Part shown: in pieces, positions 51,027-60,004 of the stretch
Layout of the letters: each line of letters opens with the position of its first letter
Numbering within the stretch: the stretch's first letter is position 1
Position numbers and translations under genes: made by a program
From: Trichormus sp. ATA11-4-KO1
Lineage (GTDB): Bacteria; Cyanobacteriota; Cyanobacteriia; Cyanobacteriales; Nostocaceae
Length of the DNA: 64,000 nucleotides
Direction: 5' to 3'
Assembly: GCA_019358915.1 (NCBI GenBank)
Contig: JAHHIM010000073.1
Coordinates: forward strand, 192,001-256,000
The notes under the pieces: generated by a model
Database searches by the model: none
The model's input: only the letters and a program-made list of their open reading frames with translations
Told to the model about the DNA's origin: nothing

Positions 51027-52550
51027 CTACGACCTGCGTGTATAACGATGTTTCACCCCAATAGGGAAATATTGGGCATCACCCATTTGGGTTAATGTAA
51101 CTTGTGGCATTTGATATTCTGGTGGGACATAGTTAGCAAACTCGCTGTTGAGGCGCAAAAGTTGTGAAAGGATGGAAGATGCGATCGCTTGTCTTTTGTC
51201 TTCACTACCTTCTACCCCTGGTGCTAACTCTACAACCACGGATAAAAATCGATTCTTGTCTGCATCTTCTTGCACCTGCAACACAAACTTACCCGTCACC
51301 CATGCGGGAATTCCTGATTGCTCTAATCCCACTGTCACATTTTCTGGATAGATATTCGCTCCAAAGTAGGAAACTGTGAAGTTAGAACGTCCGAAAACAT
51401 AGACGAAAGGTAGTGGATGAATGCCTCTAGGTAAGTGCTGAGTATCAGACTTTGTTAGTTCTTGGACAGGATCAAATCCCCATGCTGCTAAGAACTGAAG
51501 CATGGAATTATAACTAATAATCCCGCCAGTATCCAGGATGTCATAACGCACCAAAGGTATACCATTATCGCCAGAAAAGAGTAAGGTGCCATCCTGAACT
51601 TCAAAAAAGCGACTTATGGGATCATATTGCACCAAAGTCGGTAGCCGAGATTCGCCAAATAAAGCTTTAGCTGCATCTGGATGTACTGCCAAAAAACGAC
51701 GAATGCAGATACTCAAAGGCGTTTCATTGCCCAACACACCTGCATCCGCAGTACCATAGAGTGAGGCAAAGTCATAACAGGGATTTTGCGAACCAACTCT
51801 TTCACCAACTAAACTTCGCCATTCTTCGCTGAATACTTCTCCCGCCATGACTAATTTAATGTGATATTGTTGCCACTCCACACCACTGGCAAGGCCAGTA
51901 TCAATCACATCTTTGAGGAATGGTGGATATCCTAGCAGCACCACTTGCTCAAAATCTGAACCCAGTTCCCCCACAACCCGCAAGATTTCTGCTTTGTTGT
52001 TACCGGGAGTAATTACGGTGATAGGATACCCTTTACTAGCAAGATAGCGACAGCAATTGGTGGTGAACATCCCACCAACCCAAGTCCCCAAGGTGAAACA
52101 AATCACAGCTAAGGTGCGTCTAGTGTCTGCGTAAAAACTATGATGAAAAATTTGCTCAAAGCGTGTAGCAATTTGCAGTTCATCAGTGAAAAAACGCGGC
52201 CAAAATGTGGGTTTACCTGTGGAACCAGAAGAAGCAGCTATCATATCGCAGGCTTCTAACTGCCCGTAGCGGCACAAGTCAGCCAAAGGATAACGCGTTA
52301 TATAATTTTCTTTGTTAATAGCTGGAAGTTTCTGAAAATCCTCTAAGCTTTGGATAGCAGTGGGGTCAATCTCTTGCGCTGCTAAAAAAGCCTTGTAAGC
52401 TGGTACATTGGCAGCCACATCGTAAAATAAATTTAAAGCTGCTAATGGGCTGGGAGTTGTGAGATGTCGTTGTAGTAACGTTTCTAAGGGGGTAGACAAA
52501 AAATCTTCAAATGCCCTAATTGCTCGCTGATTTTTTGATTTGCAGTTCAT
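51027..52550 (-). CDS. Phenylacetate-CoA ligase family (ANL) protein
   Basis: SSGSTGKP, LYGTADAG, PLVRYDILD, GANIYP. Confidence 0.85.
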   Translation of the reverse strand: MNCKSKNQRAIRAFEDFLSTPLETLLQRHLTTPSPLAALNLFYDVAANVPAYKAFLAAQEIDPTAIQSLEDFQKLPAINKENYITRYPLADLCRYGQLEACDMIAASSGSTGKPTFWPRFFTDELQIATRFEQIFHHSFYADTRRTLAVICFTLGTWVGGMFTTNCCRYLASKGYPITVITPGNNKAEILRVVGELGSDFEQVVLLGYPPFLKDVIDTGLASGVEWQQYHIKLVMAGEVFSEEWRSLVGERVGSQNPCYDFASLYGTADAGVLGNETPLSICIRRFLAVHPDAAKALFGESRLPTLVQYDPISRFFEVQDGTLLFSGDNGIPLVRYDILDTGGIISYNSMLQFLAAWGFDPVQELTKSDTQHLPRGIHPLPFVYVFGRSNFTVSYFGANIYPENVTVGLEQSGIPAWVTGKFVLQVQEDADKNRFLSVVVELAPGVEGSEDKRQAIASSILSQLLRLNSEFANYVPPEYQMPQVTLTQMGDAQYFPIGVKHRYTRRS

Positions 52551-52752
52551 GACGCTTGTTACTTAATCTAAAATCGCACCAACACCATCGTTACTTGCTG
52601 TCAGTATTTTAGTCATTGTCCGATTTCTGCAAATAACTTGAGCTAGTAAATTTTGCTCTGAGTTTTTATCAGGGAGTATCGGTAAGATGTCTGTAAATGG
52701 AACTGCATTTGTTGTAGTAAGTCAATAAAACCTTAATTTATCCTTCAACATC

Positions 52753-54444
52753 ATGCAGGTCTTTTGCACTAAACAACACGCAAATAGTGATGGTAACCGT
52801 TTTTGTATCCACTGCGGTGAGCCATTACCTCTTGGTGTTGGGTTAGTTGTAGATAATCGTTATCGCATTATCCGTCAACTAGGTCAGGGTGGTTTTGGGC
52901 GCACTTACTTGGCGGAGGATAGAAATAAGTCTCATCAAACATGCGTATTGAAGGAATTTGCACCCCAAGTCCAAGAACAGCAGGATTTACAAAAAGCCAA
53001 AGAATTATTTGAGCGAGAAGCAAGTGTTCTCAAAACACTGCAACATCCCCAAATTCCCCGTTTTCACGCTTCGCTACAAGTGAAAATTGGGAGTAAAGAT
53101 TTTTTCTTTTTAGTGCAAGATTATATAGATGGTGAGAATTTTGACCAGTTGTTAGAACAACGCCAAAGTCAAGGTAAGGCTTTTAGTGAACAAGAAATCA
53201 TTACTTTATTGCAACAAATTTTACCTGTTTTGTCCTACATCCACTCACGAGATGTCGTTCACCGCGATATCTCTCCTGATAATTTGATTTGGCGGCGTTC
53301 TGATAATATGCCTGTACTGATTGACTTTGGTGGTGTGAAACAATTGCCTGCTTCTCAAGGGTTTTGGTTCACCAAGTTGGCGGTGAATCACACCTTGTTA
53401 GGTAAAAAAGGCTACGCACCAGAAGAACAGTTACGACAAGGTAAAGTATTTTACAATAGCGATTTATACTCTTTGGCAGTCACAGCTTTAGTGTTGCTCA
53501 CAGGTAAGGAACCACAAAAACTGTACGACAGCTATCAGGGGATTTGGTATTGGGGCAAGGAAATTAATGTCAGCATTCAACTGGAAACTGTGTTAAAAAA
53601 GATGCTGGCTTATAAACCAAGCGATCGCTATGAAAGAGCTGAACAAATCCTCAAAGATTTACCATCGTCGATGGCGACAAAACCACCCAGTACATATATT
53701 ACTAAGCTCAAGACAATGGTAGTTGCTCCTGGACGAAAACGCGCCAATGCTCTTGTCAGTAAATTCCACAGCAAAACGCAAGCGGTTAATCAAGCGATCG
53801 CCTTACCGGTTTGGATGCGTCCTTTTGCTGTGAGTCTGGGAGGAACAGCCTTAGTTGTCTTAACTGGCGCAGGTACTTGGGCGGTAGTAAATTCTGTGAT
53901 TCGTACTATTACTGAATTTACTGTACCAGCAATTTCTTTACCACCAATCCCCGGTTTACCAAATCCTCTCAGTAGCCCAGTTAGCGATCAAGGTTCTAAT
54001 GACATCAGCCAAATTTTAAGGCGTCGCCAACAGCTAGAAATACCTGAAGTATTTTTTACACAGTTTGTAGATAATTTATTTTATACTAAAAACCCTGAAC
54101 TACAGGGACGTAGTCTCACTTCTAACCCAGCAGATACAGCTTTACGAAATGAATGGTACGGTATTGCTGAAAACTTGTTAAATCAAATAGAACAGGCTAA
54201 TCTCAGTACAGCAGCTCGGCAAAAACTGGGACGCTATAGTTTACAAGACGAAGCAATCTGGAGACGACAAGCGCGATCAGGAGAATTAGGTAATTATACA
54301 ATTGACCAACTCAACAAAGACACAAATGAAAAATTTGATCGGTTGTTTCCTGGTCAACAGCGTGGGAAACTGAATCAACGAACTTTCGGTCAAATTTGGT
54401 ATGCGATCGCGGCTGATCAAGTCAGTAAGGTGAAAAGAAGATGA
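52753..54444 (+). CDS. Ser/Thr protein kinase (zinc ribbon, kinase, TM, C-terminal domain)
   Basis: LGQGGFGRTY, VLKEF, HRDISPDN, IDFG, YAPEEQ. Confidence 0.95.
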   Translation: MQVFCTKQHANSDGNRFCIHCGEPLPLGVGLVVDNRYRIIRQLGQGGFGRTYLAEDRNKSHQTCVLKEFAPQVQEQQDLQKAKELFEREASVLKTLQHPQIPRFHASLQVKIGSKDFFFLVQDYIDGENFDQLLEQRQSQGKAFSEQEIITLLQQILPVLSYIHSRDVVHRDISPDNLIWRRSDNMPVLIDFGGVKQLPASQGFWFTKLAVNHTLLGKKGYAPEEQLRQGKVFYNSDLYSLAVTALVLLTGKEPQKLYDSYQGIWYWGKEINVSIQLETVLKKMLAYKPSDRYERAEQILKDLPSSMATKPPSTYITKLKTMVVAPGRKRANALVSKFHSKTQAVNQAIALPVWMRPFAVSLGGTALVVLTGAGTWAVVNSVIRTITEFTVPAISLPPIPGLPNPLSSPVSDQGSNDISQILRRRQQLEIPEVFFTQFVDNLFYTKNPELQGRSLTSNPADTALRNEWYGIAENLLNQIEQANLSTAARQKLGRYSLQDEAIWRRQARSGELGNYTIDQLNKDTNEKFDRLFPGQQRGKLNQRTFGQIWYAIAADQVSKVKRR

Positions 54445-54454
54445 GGATATTGGG

Positions 54455-54627
54455 CAGGGCTGATTCTTTCCCTAAAAGGGTTAAAATTGCAAGGGCAAAT
54501 CCACAATTAAGACCGAAAATTTTGGCATCTTCAGTCCGAAATACCTGATTTTTCTTTGCGTCTTTGCGCCTTTGCGTGAGATTATCCTCTTGACAAATCT
54601 CCAACACAAGCGAATGAAACAGCCCTG
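54455..54627 (-). mobile_element. 173-bp MITE, copy 3
   Basis: Same TIRs; exact 10-bp duplication GGATATTGGG at 54445-54454 and 54628-54637. Confidence 0.93.
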
Positions 54628-54681
54628 GGATATTGGGGGAGTGAGGAAGTAATTTTTTTCATGACTAAATGACTATAAATA

Positions 54682-56727
54682 ATGACTATAAGTAATGGTA
54701 TTCAACCGGGTCTCACTTTGGGCGATCGCTATGTGATTGTCCGTCAAATTGGTCAAGGTGGTTTTGGACGTACTTATTTAGCTGAAGACATTAACCGCTT
54801 CCGCGAACTTTGTGTTTTAAAAGAATTTTCTCCTCAAGTTCAAACTTCCTACGTTGTCCAAAAAGCTGAAGAATTGTTTGAGCGAGAAGCAAGTGTTCTC
54901 TATAAACTGCAACATCCCCAAATTCCTCGCTTTCGAGAACTGCTTCGCATCAATTTAAAAGGCAAAGAATACCTGTTTTTGGTGCAAGATTATGTAGAAG
55001 GGCAAACTTACAGTTCTTTATTAAATGCCCGGACACAGCAGGGTTTACGATTTACAGAGTTGGAAGTCCGCCAACTGTTGCAACAAATTTTACCAGTGTT
55101 GGAGTATATCCACTCCATAGGTGTAATTCACCGGGATATTTCTCCAGATAATTTAATTCTGCGTACTATTGACCAACTACCAGTACTAATTGACTTTGGT
55201 GGAGTTAAACAAGTAGCCGCCACCGTCGCCTCTGAATATTACCAACCAGGTGAATTTGCCTCTCCCCCGTCACCTACATTACTAGGTAAAGTAGGATTCG
55301 CTCCCCCAGAACAAATGCAAACGGGTTTAGTATCGCCCCACTCTGACTTGTATGCTTTGGCAGTAACAGCGTTGGTTTTATTGACAGGTAAACAGCCACA
55401 AGAACTGATTGATAATTACAACTTAACTTGGCAATGGCGGAGAGAAATTAGTCTGAGTCCGGTTTTGGGACAGGTATTAGATAAAATGCTATACCCAAGA
55501 CCAAGCGATCGCTTCCAATCAGCGCGTCAAGTACTACAAGCCCTCAACCCACCATCAGTTAGCTATCCCCAAACTCAATATCCCGCCACTCCAGAGCCTA
55601 CATCTGCCACTGTTGCAGTTTCTCCGTCCCCGCCATCTTCTCCATCTCCCCCATCCCCTCAACCAACAACCTGGTGGACACCAGCAAAAGCCTTGCTCGT
55701 AGTATTGGTCTTGGCTAGTACGGCGGGAGCAGTTTGGTGGGGAGTGACTAGCAGCGATCGCGATCCTGGGGAAGTCCAACCAACACCCACCCCCTCCGTT
55801 GAGCAACCCACTGACCCCTTAGCGAAATTTTCCCCAGCAGAACGACAGCGCAAACAAAGATTAAATGCTCGTCGTCAACAATTGGGTATTGATTTTAACT
55901 TTTATGTCAGCTTAGTCAATCAAGTCTTTTGGGACAGCAACCCCAGTTTAAGAGGGCGCACACTCAGCGATGAACCCGAAGATGAAAGTTTGCGGGCAGA
56001 ATGGGATAAAACAGCCGCCCAATTACTAGAAAAACTGGCCCCATTGAGTGCTAGGGCGCGACGACAACTAGGTACATATACAGCAGCCGAACGCGATCGC
56101 TGGAAAGTTGACATCAACCAAATCAATGTTGGTAGTCGTGCTTTATATGATTTAGGGGATGCTGCCTTTTTAAGTACATTTCCTGAGCAGCGTGGTAAAG
56201 ATTTTATTAATCAGCCCATCGGGCAAGTTTGGCACGGATTTGTTAGCGATAAACTTAATGCGATTCTCTCCGGTAGTGCTTTCCAAAAACTGGTATTTGA
56301 CCCAGGTGCTACGAGTAAAATAGTTAGCGGCACTCTCCAGCCTGCTGGTGGCAGAGTTTTCATTGCTGACCTGGCCAAGGATCAATCTATAGAATTGAAG
56401 CTACAAGCCAATTCCCAAGTATTGCTCTCAGTATATTCCCCCTCTGGCAAAATCACCTTTTTAGAAGATTCCACAGAACGCAGTTTGTCAACTAAATTAC
56501 CAGAATCGGGATTTTATGAGTTTGTACTTGTCTCCACAGCATCGGAATCACTAGATTATCGACTCAGCATCACGGCGGAAACACCGACACCGACACCTAC
56601 TCCCACAGAAACACCCACCCCTACGCCAACACCCACACCTACCCCTACCCCTACCCCTACTCCCACAGAAACCCCGATGGAAACTCCTCAAGAAACACCC
56701 ACACCTGCACCTACTCAGTCCAACTAA
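54682..56727 (+). CDS. Ser/Thr protein kinase with TM, C-terminal domains and Pro-Thr tail
   Basis: IGQGGFGRTY, HRDISPDN, IDFG; (TP)n tail at about 56580-56715. Confidence 0.95.
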   Translation: MTISNGIQPGLTLGDRYVIVRQIGQGGFGRTYLAEDINRFRELCVLKEFSPQVQTSYVVQKAEELFEREASVLYKLQHPQIPRFRELLRINLKGKEYLFLVQDYVEGQTYSSLLNARTQQGLRFTELEVRQLLQQILPVLEYIHSIGVIHRDISPDNLILRTIDQLPVLIDFGGVKQVAATVASEYYQPGEFASPPSPTLLGKVGFAPPEQMQTGLVSPHSDLYALAVTALVLLTGKQPQELIDNYNLTWQWRREISLSPVLGQVLDKMLYPRPSDRFQSARQVLQALNPPSVSYPQTQYPATPEPTSATVAVSPSPPSSPSPPSPQPTTWWTPAKALLVVLVLASTAGAVWWGVTSSDRDPGEVQPTPTPSVEQPTDPLAKFSPAERQRKQRLNARRQQLGIDFNFYVSLVNQVFWDSNPSLRGRTLSDEPEDESLRAEWDKTAAQLLEKLAPLSARARRQLGTYTAAERDRWKVDINQINVGSRALYDLGDAAFLSTFPEQRGKDFINQPIGQVWHGFVSDKLNAILSGSAFQKLVFDPGATSKIVSGTLQPAGGRVFIADLAKDQSIELKLQANSQVLLSVYSPSGKITFLEDSTERSLSTKLPESGFYEFVLVSTASESLDYRLSITAETPTPTPTPTETPTPTPTPTPTPTPTPTPTETPMETPQETPTPAPTQSN

Positions 56728-58085
56728 GTATTTTTATCCAACTTTATGCCTTGAATCGAATAGTCTAATAACTCCATCGGGTGCATTACGGAAATTGTTT
56801 TACCTTGCAACTGTAAATGCTTAGTAATTTGCAAAGTACAACCAGGATTAGCAGAAGCAATTAACTCAGCACCAGTATTTAACAAATTCTGGACTTTTTG
56901 CTGACCCAATTCCTCAGCTACTTCCGGTTGCAGCATATTATAAACACCAGCACTGCCACAACACAAAGCCGCGTCTATTGGTTCCCTTAACTTCACTCCA
57001 GGAATTTGCCGTAACAGCTGACGCGGTTGCACACTAATCTTTTGTCCATGCAATAAATGACAAGCATCTTGATAAACCAAATTTAGAGGCTGATCAGTTA
57101 ATGGTAATAGCTTCGCCGTTAACCCCACAGTTACCAAAAATTCCTGAGCATCCTTTACCTTAGCAGCAAACTCCTGAGCCTTTTCCCGATATTTTGGGTC
57201 ATCTTCTAAGATATGACCGTATTCTTTCAACGTATGACCGCAACCAGCCGCATTGATAATCACAAAATCTACATCGGTATTAGCAAAACTATCAATCATT
57301 TGCCTAGCTAAAGCCTGGGCCTGTGCCGTTTGTCCTTGGTGTTCCGGAAGCGCCGCACAACAACCTTGAGACTTGGGAATCACAACTTCACAACCATTAG
57401 CCGTTAACACCCTCACAGTAGCTTCATTAATAGGGGAGAAAAATAGCCGTTGCACACATCCCAAAATCACCCCAACGCGGTAACGCTTCTCACCTTGTGA
57501 GGGAATCACATCCGGCAAATTATCTTGAAAAGATTGCAGAGTAATTTTTGGCAGAATTGACTCCATTGCTGCCAAACGGGGCGAGATTTTTTTAAGTAAC
57601 CCTGTAGAACGCAATAGTTTAGGCAAACCCAACTTTTGGTAAACCAACAACGGCATCAGAAAAAATCTTAATAAATCAGGATTAGGAAACAGAGAAAATA
57701 TCAATTGACGAATTAATTTATCTGGCAAACTGCGTGCATAATTCCGTTCAACTTGATGACGAGTTGCAGAAATCAACTTGTCATACTGCACACCAGAAGG
57801 ACAAGTACTCACACAAGCCAAACAACCCAAACAAGAATCAAAATGTTCTACCGTTGCTGTATTTAAAGCAATCTCACCCTGATTAATCGCATCCATTAAA
57901 TAGATCCGTCCCCTAGGAGAATCCATTTCCTTACCAATCACCCGATAACTCGGACAAGTCGCCAGACAAAACCCGCAATGCACACAACTATCAATCAACT
58001 TCGGGTCAGGTGGATGATTAACATCAAACCCCTTTAAATTCTTGATACTAGCAATATTATTCACAGAATTATCAGAAACTTGCAT
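56724..58085 (-). CDS. glcF: Glycolate oxidase iron-sulfur subunit
   Basis: CVHCGFCLATCP and CLGCLACVSTCP 4Fe-4S motifs, CCG domains; start MQVSD at 58085. Confidence 0.9.
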   Translation of the reverse strand: MQVSDNSVNNIASIKNLKGFDVNHPPDPKLIDSCVHCGFCLATCPSYRVIGKEMDSPRGRIYLMDAINQGEIALNTATVEHFDSCLGCLACVSTCPSGVQYDKLISATRHQVERNYARSLPDKLIRQLIFSLFPNPDLLRFFLMPLLVYQKLGLPKLLRSTGLLKKISPRLAAMESILPKITLQSFQDNLPDVIPSQGEKRYRVGVILGCVQRLFFSPINEATVRVLTANGCEVVIPKSQGCCAALPEHQGQTAQAQALARQMIDSFANTDVDFVIINAAGCGHTLKEYGHILEDDPKYREKAQEFAAKVKDAQEFLVTVGLTAKLLPLTDQPLNLVYQDACHLLHGQKISVQPRQLLRQIPGVKLREPIDAALCCGSAGVYNMLQPEVAEELGQQKVQNLLNTGAELIASANPGCTLQITKHLQLQGKTISVMHPMELLDYSIQGIKLDKNT

Positions 58086-58161
58086 ATTTATTCTCTTCCC
58101 CTCTTCCTTCGTGTCCTTCTCTTCGAGACGCTTCGCGAACGTGCCTTTGTGGTTCGTTAAA

Positions 58162-59493
58162 TTAAATTCCACCCACAAAGCGACCAGGACTCAAAACATT
58201 CTGACTATCAAACTGCGCCTTAATTTGACGCATCACCTGCAAAGCATTACCTGTATATCCCCAAACATCAATTTCTTGTTTCACCTGATTTGATGCTACC
58301 AAAACACTCAAAAAACCTTTATTAGCTTGACAGCGTTCGCTTGCGTGGCGTAGCCATTCGCGCATTCTTAAAACTTGATTTTGATTCTCAAACTGCAACC
58401 ATCCCAAACCACTAGTAACATGAATCAAACCTAATTCCGCCTCAGCTAAAATTTCCACAGCCGCAGTAGGTAACACTCCTATTTTGCATTTAATTACAGA
58501 CTCTGTGACAGAATGATTCATTAATTCTGACAATCTCTGCCATAGATAACCTTCATCTTCATCAAAATAAATTGTTCCATCTAATCCCAACTTTTGCCCT
58601 ACCGCCAACAGCCGATTTGACTGTTCCTTAACACTCTCACTAATACTTTGAAAACGAGCAATTAATCCCAACCCTTGACCCAAGCCTAACCCAGAAATTA
58701 GTTGAGTAGATAGCAAATCAGCCTGAGTTGGTGTTAACGCCGAACCTCGCAAGGTAGCAGCAGCTTGAGATATAGCCTCTGCTGTACCAGTCAACACCAC
58801 CGTACCCGATGCTTCTGGTAGTGGATAGACACGAAAAGTTACTTGACTAATAATTCCTAATGTGCTGTAAGAGCCAGTAAATAACTTCATTAAATCGTAT
58901 CCGGCTACATTTTTAACTACACGTCCTCCAGCTTTGGCAATTTGTCCATCAGCACGGACAAAGGTCATACCTAATAGCTGGTCGCGCACACTACCATAAC
59001 GTTGCCGTAGGGAATTTGTATCAGATGTAGCGACAATACCGCCAATAGTTGCTAATTCTGGTGTGGTGGGGTCAAGGGCAAGAAATTGGCGTGATTTGGC
59101 TAAAATTTTCTGGAGATGGGAGAATTGCATCCCGGCTTCTACTGTGACAGTTAAATCACCAACGGCGTGTTCAATTAGTTGATTGATGCGTTCTGTACTG
59201 ACTACGATGTCAACACTTTTAACTAAACCACCCCAGTTGATTTTACTACCACTACCGCAGGGGAGGACGCGCCAGTTATTGCGGTGAGCCTCGGCGATGA
59301 CTGCGGCTAGTTGTGCTTGAGTGCGGGGATAGACGATACAACTGGGGGGATTTACAGAAGCGATCGCCTGTTTAATTTGTGTTTGCTGGCTGAGTTCAAG
59401 GTTTTCCCAAAGACAGATGGCTTCTTCTTCGATGATAGATGCAAGGCTTGAGGCGTAGACGCTAGGCGGCTTGTCGTTAGACATCGCGTTCAT
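58162..59493 (-). CDS. glcE: Glycolate oxidase FAD-binding subunit
   Basis: DLTVTVEAG, GGRVVKNVAGYDLMKLF, LSPGRF; two short in-frame insertions. Confidence 0.9.
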   Translation of the reverse strand: MNAMSNDKPPSVYASSLASIIEEEAICLWENLELSQQTQIKQAIASVNPPSCIVYPRTQAQLAAVIAEAHRNNWRVLPCGSGSKINWGGLVKSVDIVVSTERINQLIEHAVGDLTVTVEAGMQFSHLQKILAKSRQFLALDPTTPELATIGGIVATSDTNSLRQRYGSVRDQLLGMTFVRADGQIAKAGGRVVKNVAGYDLMKLFTGSYSTLGIISQVTFRVYPLPEASGTVVLTGTAEAISQAAATLRGSALTPTQADLLSTQLISGLGLGQGLGLIARFQSISESVKEQSNRLLAVGQKLGLDGTIYFDEDEGYLWQRLSELMNHSVTESVIKCKIGVLPTAAVEILAEAELGLIHVTSGLGWLQFENQNQVLRMREWLRHASERCQANKGFLSVLVASNQVKQEIDVWGYTGNALQVMRQIKAQFDSQNVLSPGRFVGGI

Positions 59494-59600
59494 CAGTTTC
59501 TTTTTTGAGTCTCTATATTTAATTTAAGAGAAAATGAACCACAGAGGCGCAGAGGTCACAGAGTTGGAGAAAGGGAGAAGATGGTTGACCTGACAAAGTG

Positions 59601-59738
59601 TTAGTTTTTTGCTAAAAATTCTTGCCGTCTTTCTAAGGTAATATATCTCTCAAATTTGGGACGAAATAAAACATCTTTTAATTCTGAAAAGACAGAGTTT
59701 GATAATAGGATAATGCCGATATCCTGTGCTTTATCAAG
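59601..59738 (-). pseudogene. Internal fragment of a PIN-family toxin gene
   Basis: LDKAQDIGIILLSNSVFSELKDVLFRPKFERYITLERRQEFL; both ends missing, 5' side replaced by repeats. Confidence 0.65.
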
Positions 59739-59790
59739 AAAGTCAGAGGGCAGGAGGCAGAAGGAATACTGTCCTCTGTGTTTTTCAGTA

Positions 59791-59992
59791 GTGCTGAGTT
59801 GAAAGTGCTGAGTGCTGAGTACAACCCCATAGTTAAAACTAGGGGATTGAAACAAGAACACATTTTTTCTGGCACTGTGTGTCTCGAAAAAAATGTTTTT
59901 ACTTATCTTCATAAATAAATTTAGGGGCTTCAAACCCTATATGCTGAGTGCAGTTAATTTTACTTTTTACTTTTTACTCAGCACTCAGCACT
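59791..59992 (-). repeat. ACTCAGC-flanked hairpin element (inverted relative of 45316-45448)
   Basis: Reverse complement has ACTCAGCATATAGGGTTTGAAGCCCCTAAATTTAT and CAATCCCCTAGTTTTAACTATGGGG. Confidence 0.6.
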
Positions 59993-60004
59993 ATTTTGGT
60001 GATT

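Noticed and set aside
54590..54618. TTGACA inside the MITE pointing at kinase 2 as an outward promoter
   Set aside because: No -10 box at 16-18 nt spacing
58086..58178. 31-aa N-terminal extension of GlcF in the ORF track
   Set aside because: Overlaps the glcE end and an intergenic repeat; MQVSD at 58085 is the plausible start
32992..59493. glcD separated from glcE/glcF by about 22 kb
   Set aside because: Dispersed glc genes are common in cyanobacteria
59601..59933. 110-aa ORF as an intact gene
   Set aside because: Chimera of repeat-element sequence and a PIN fragment
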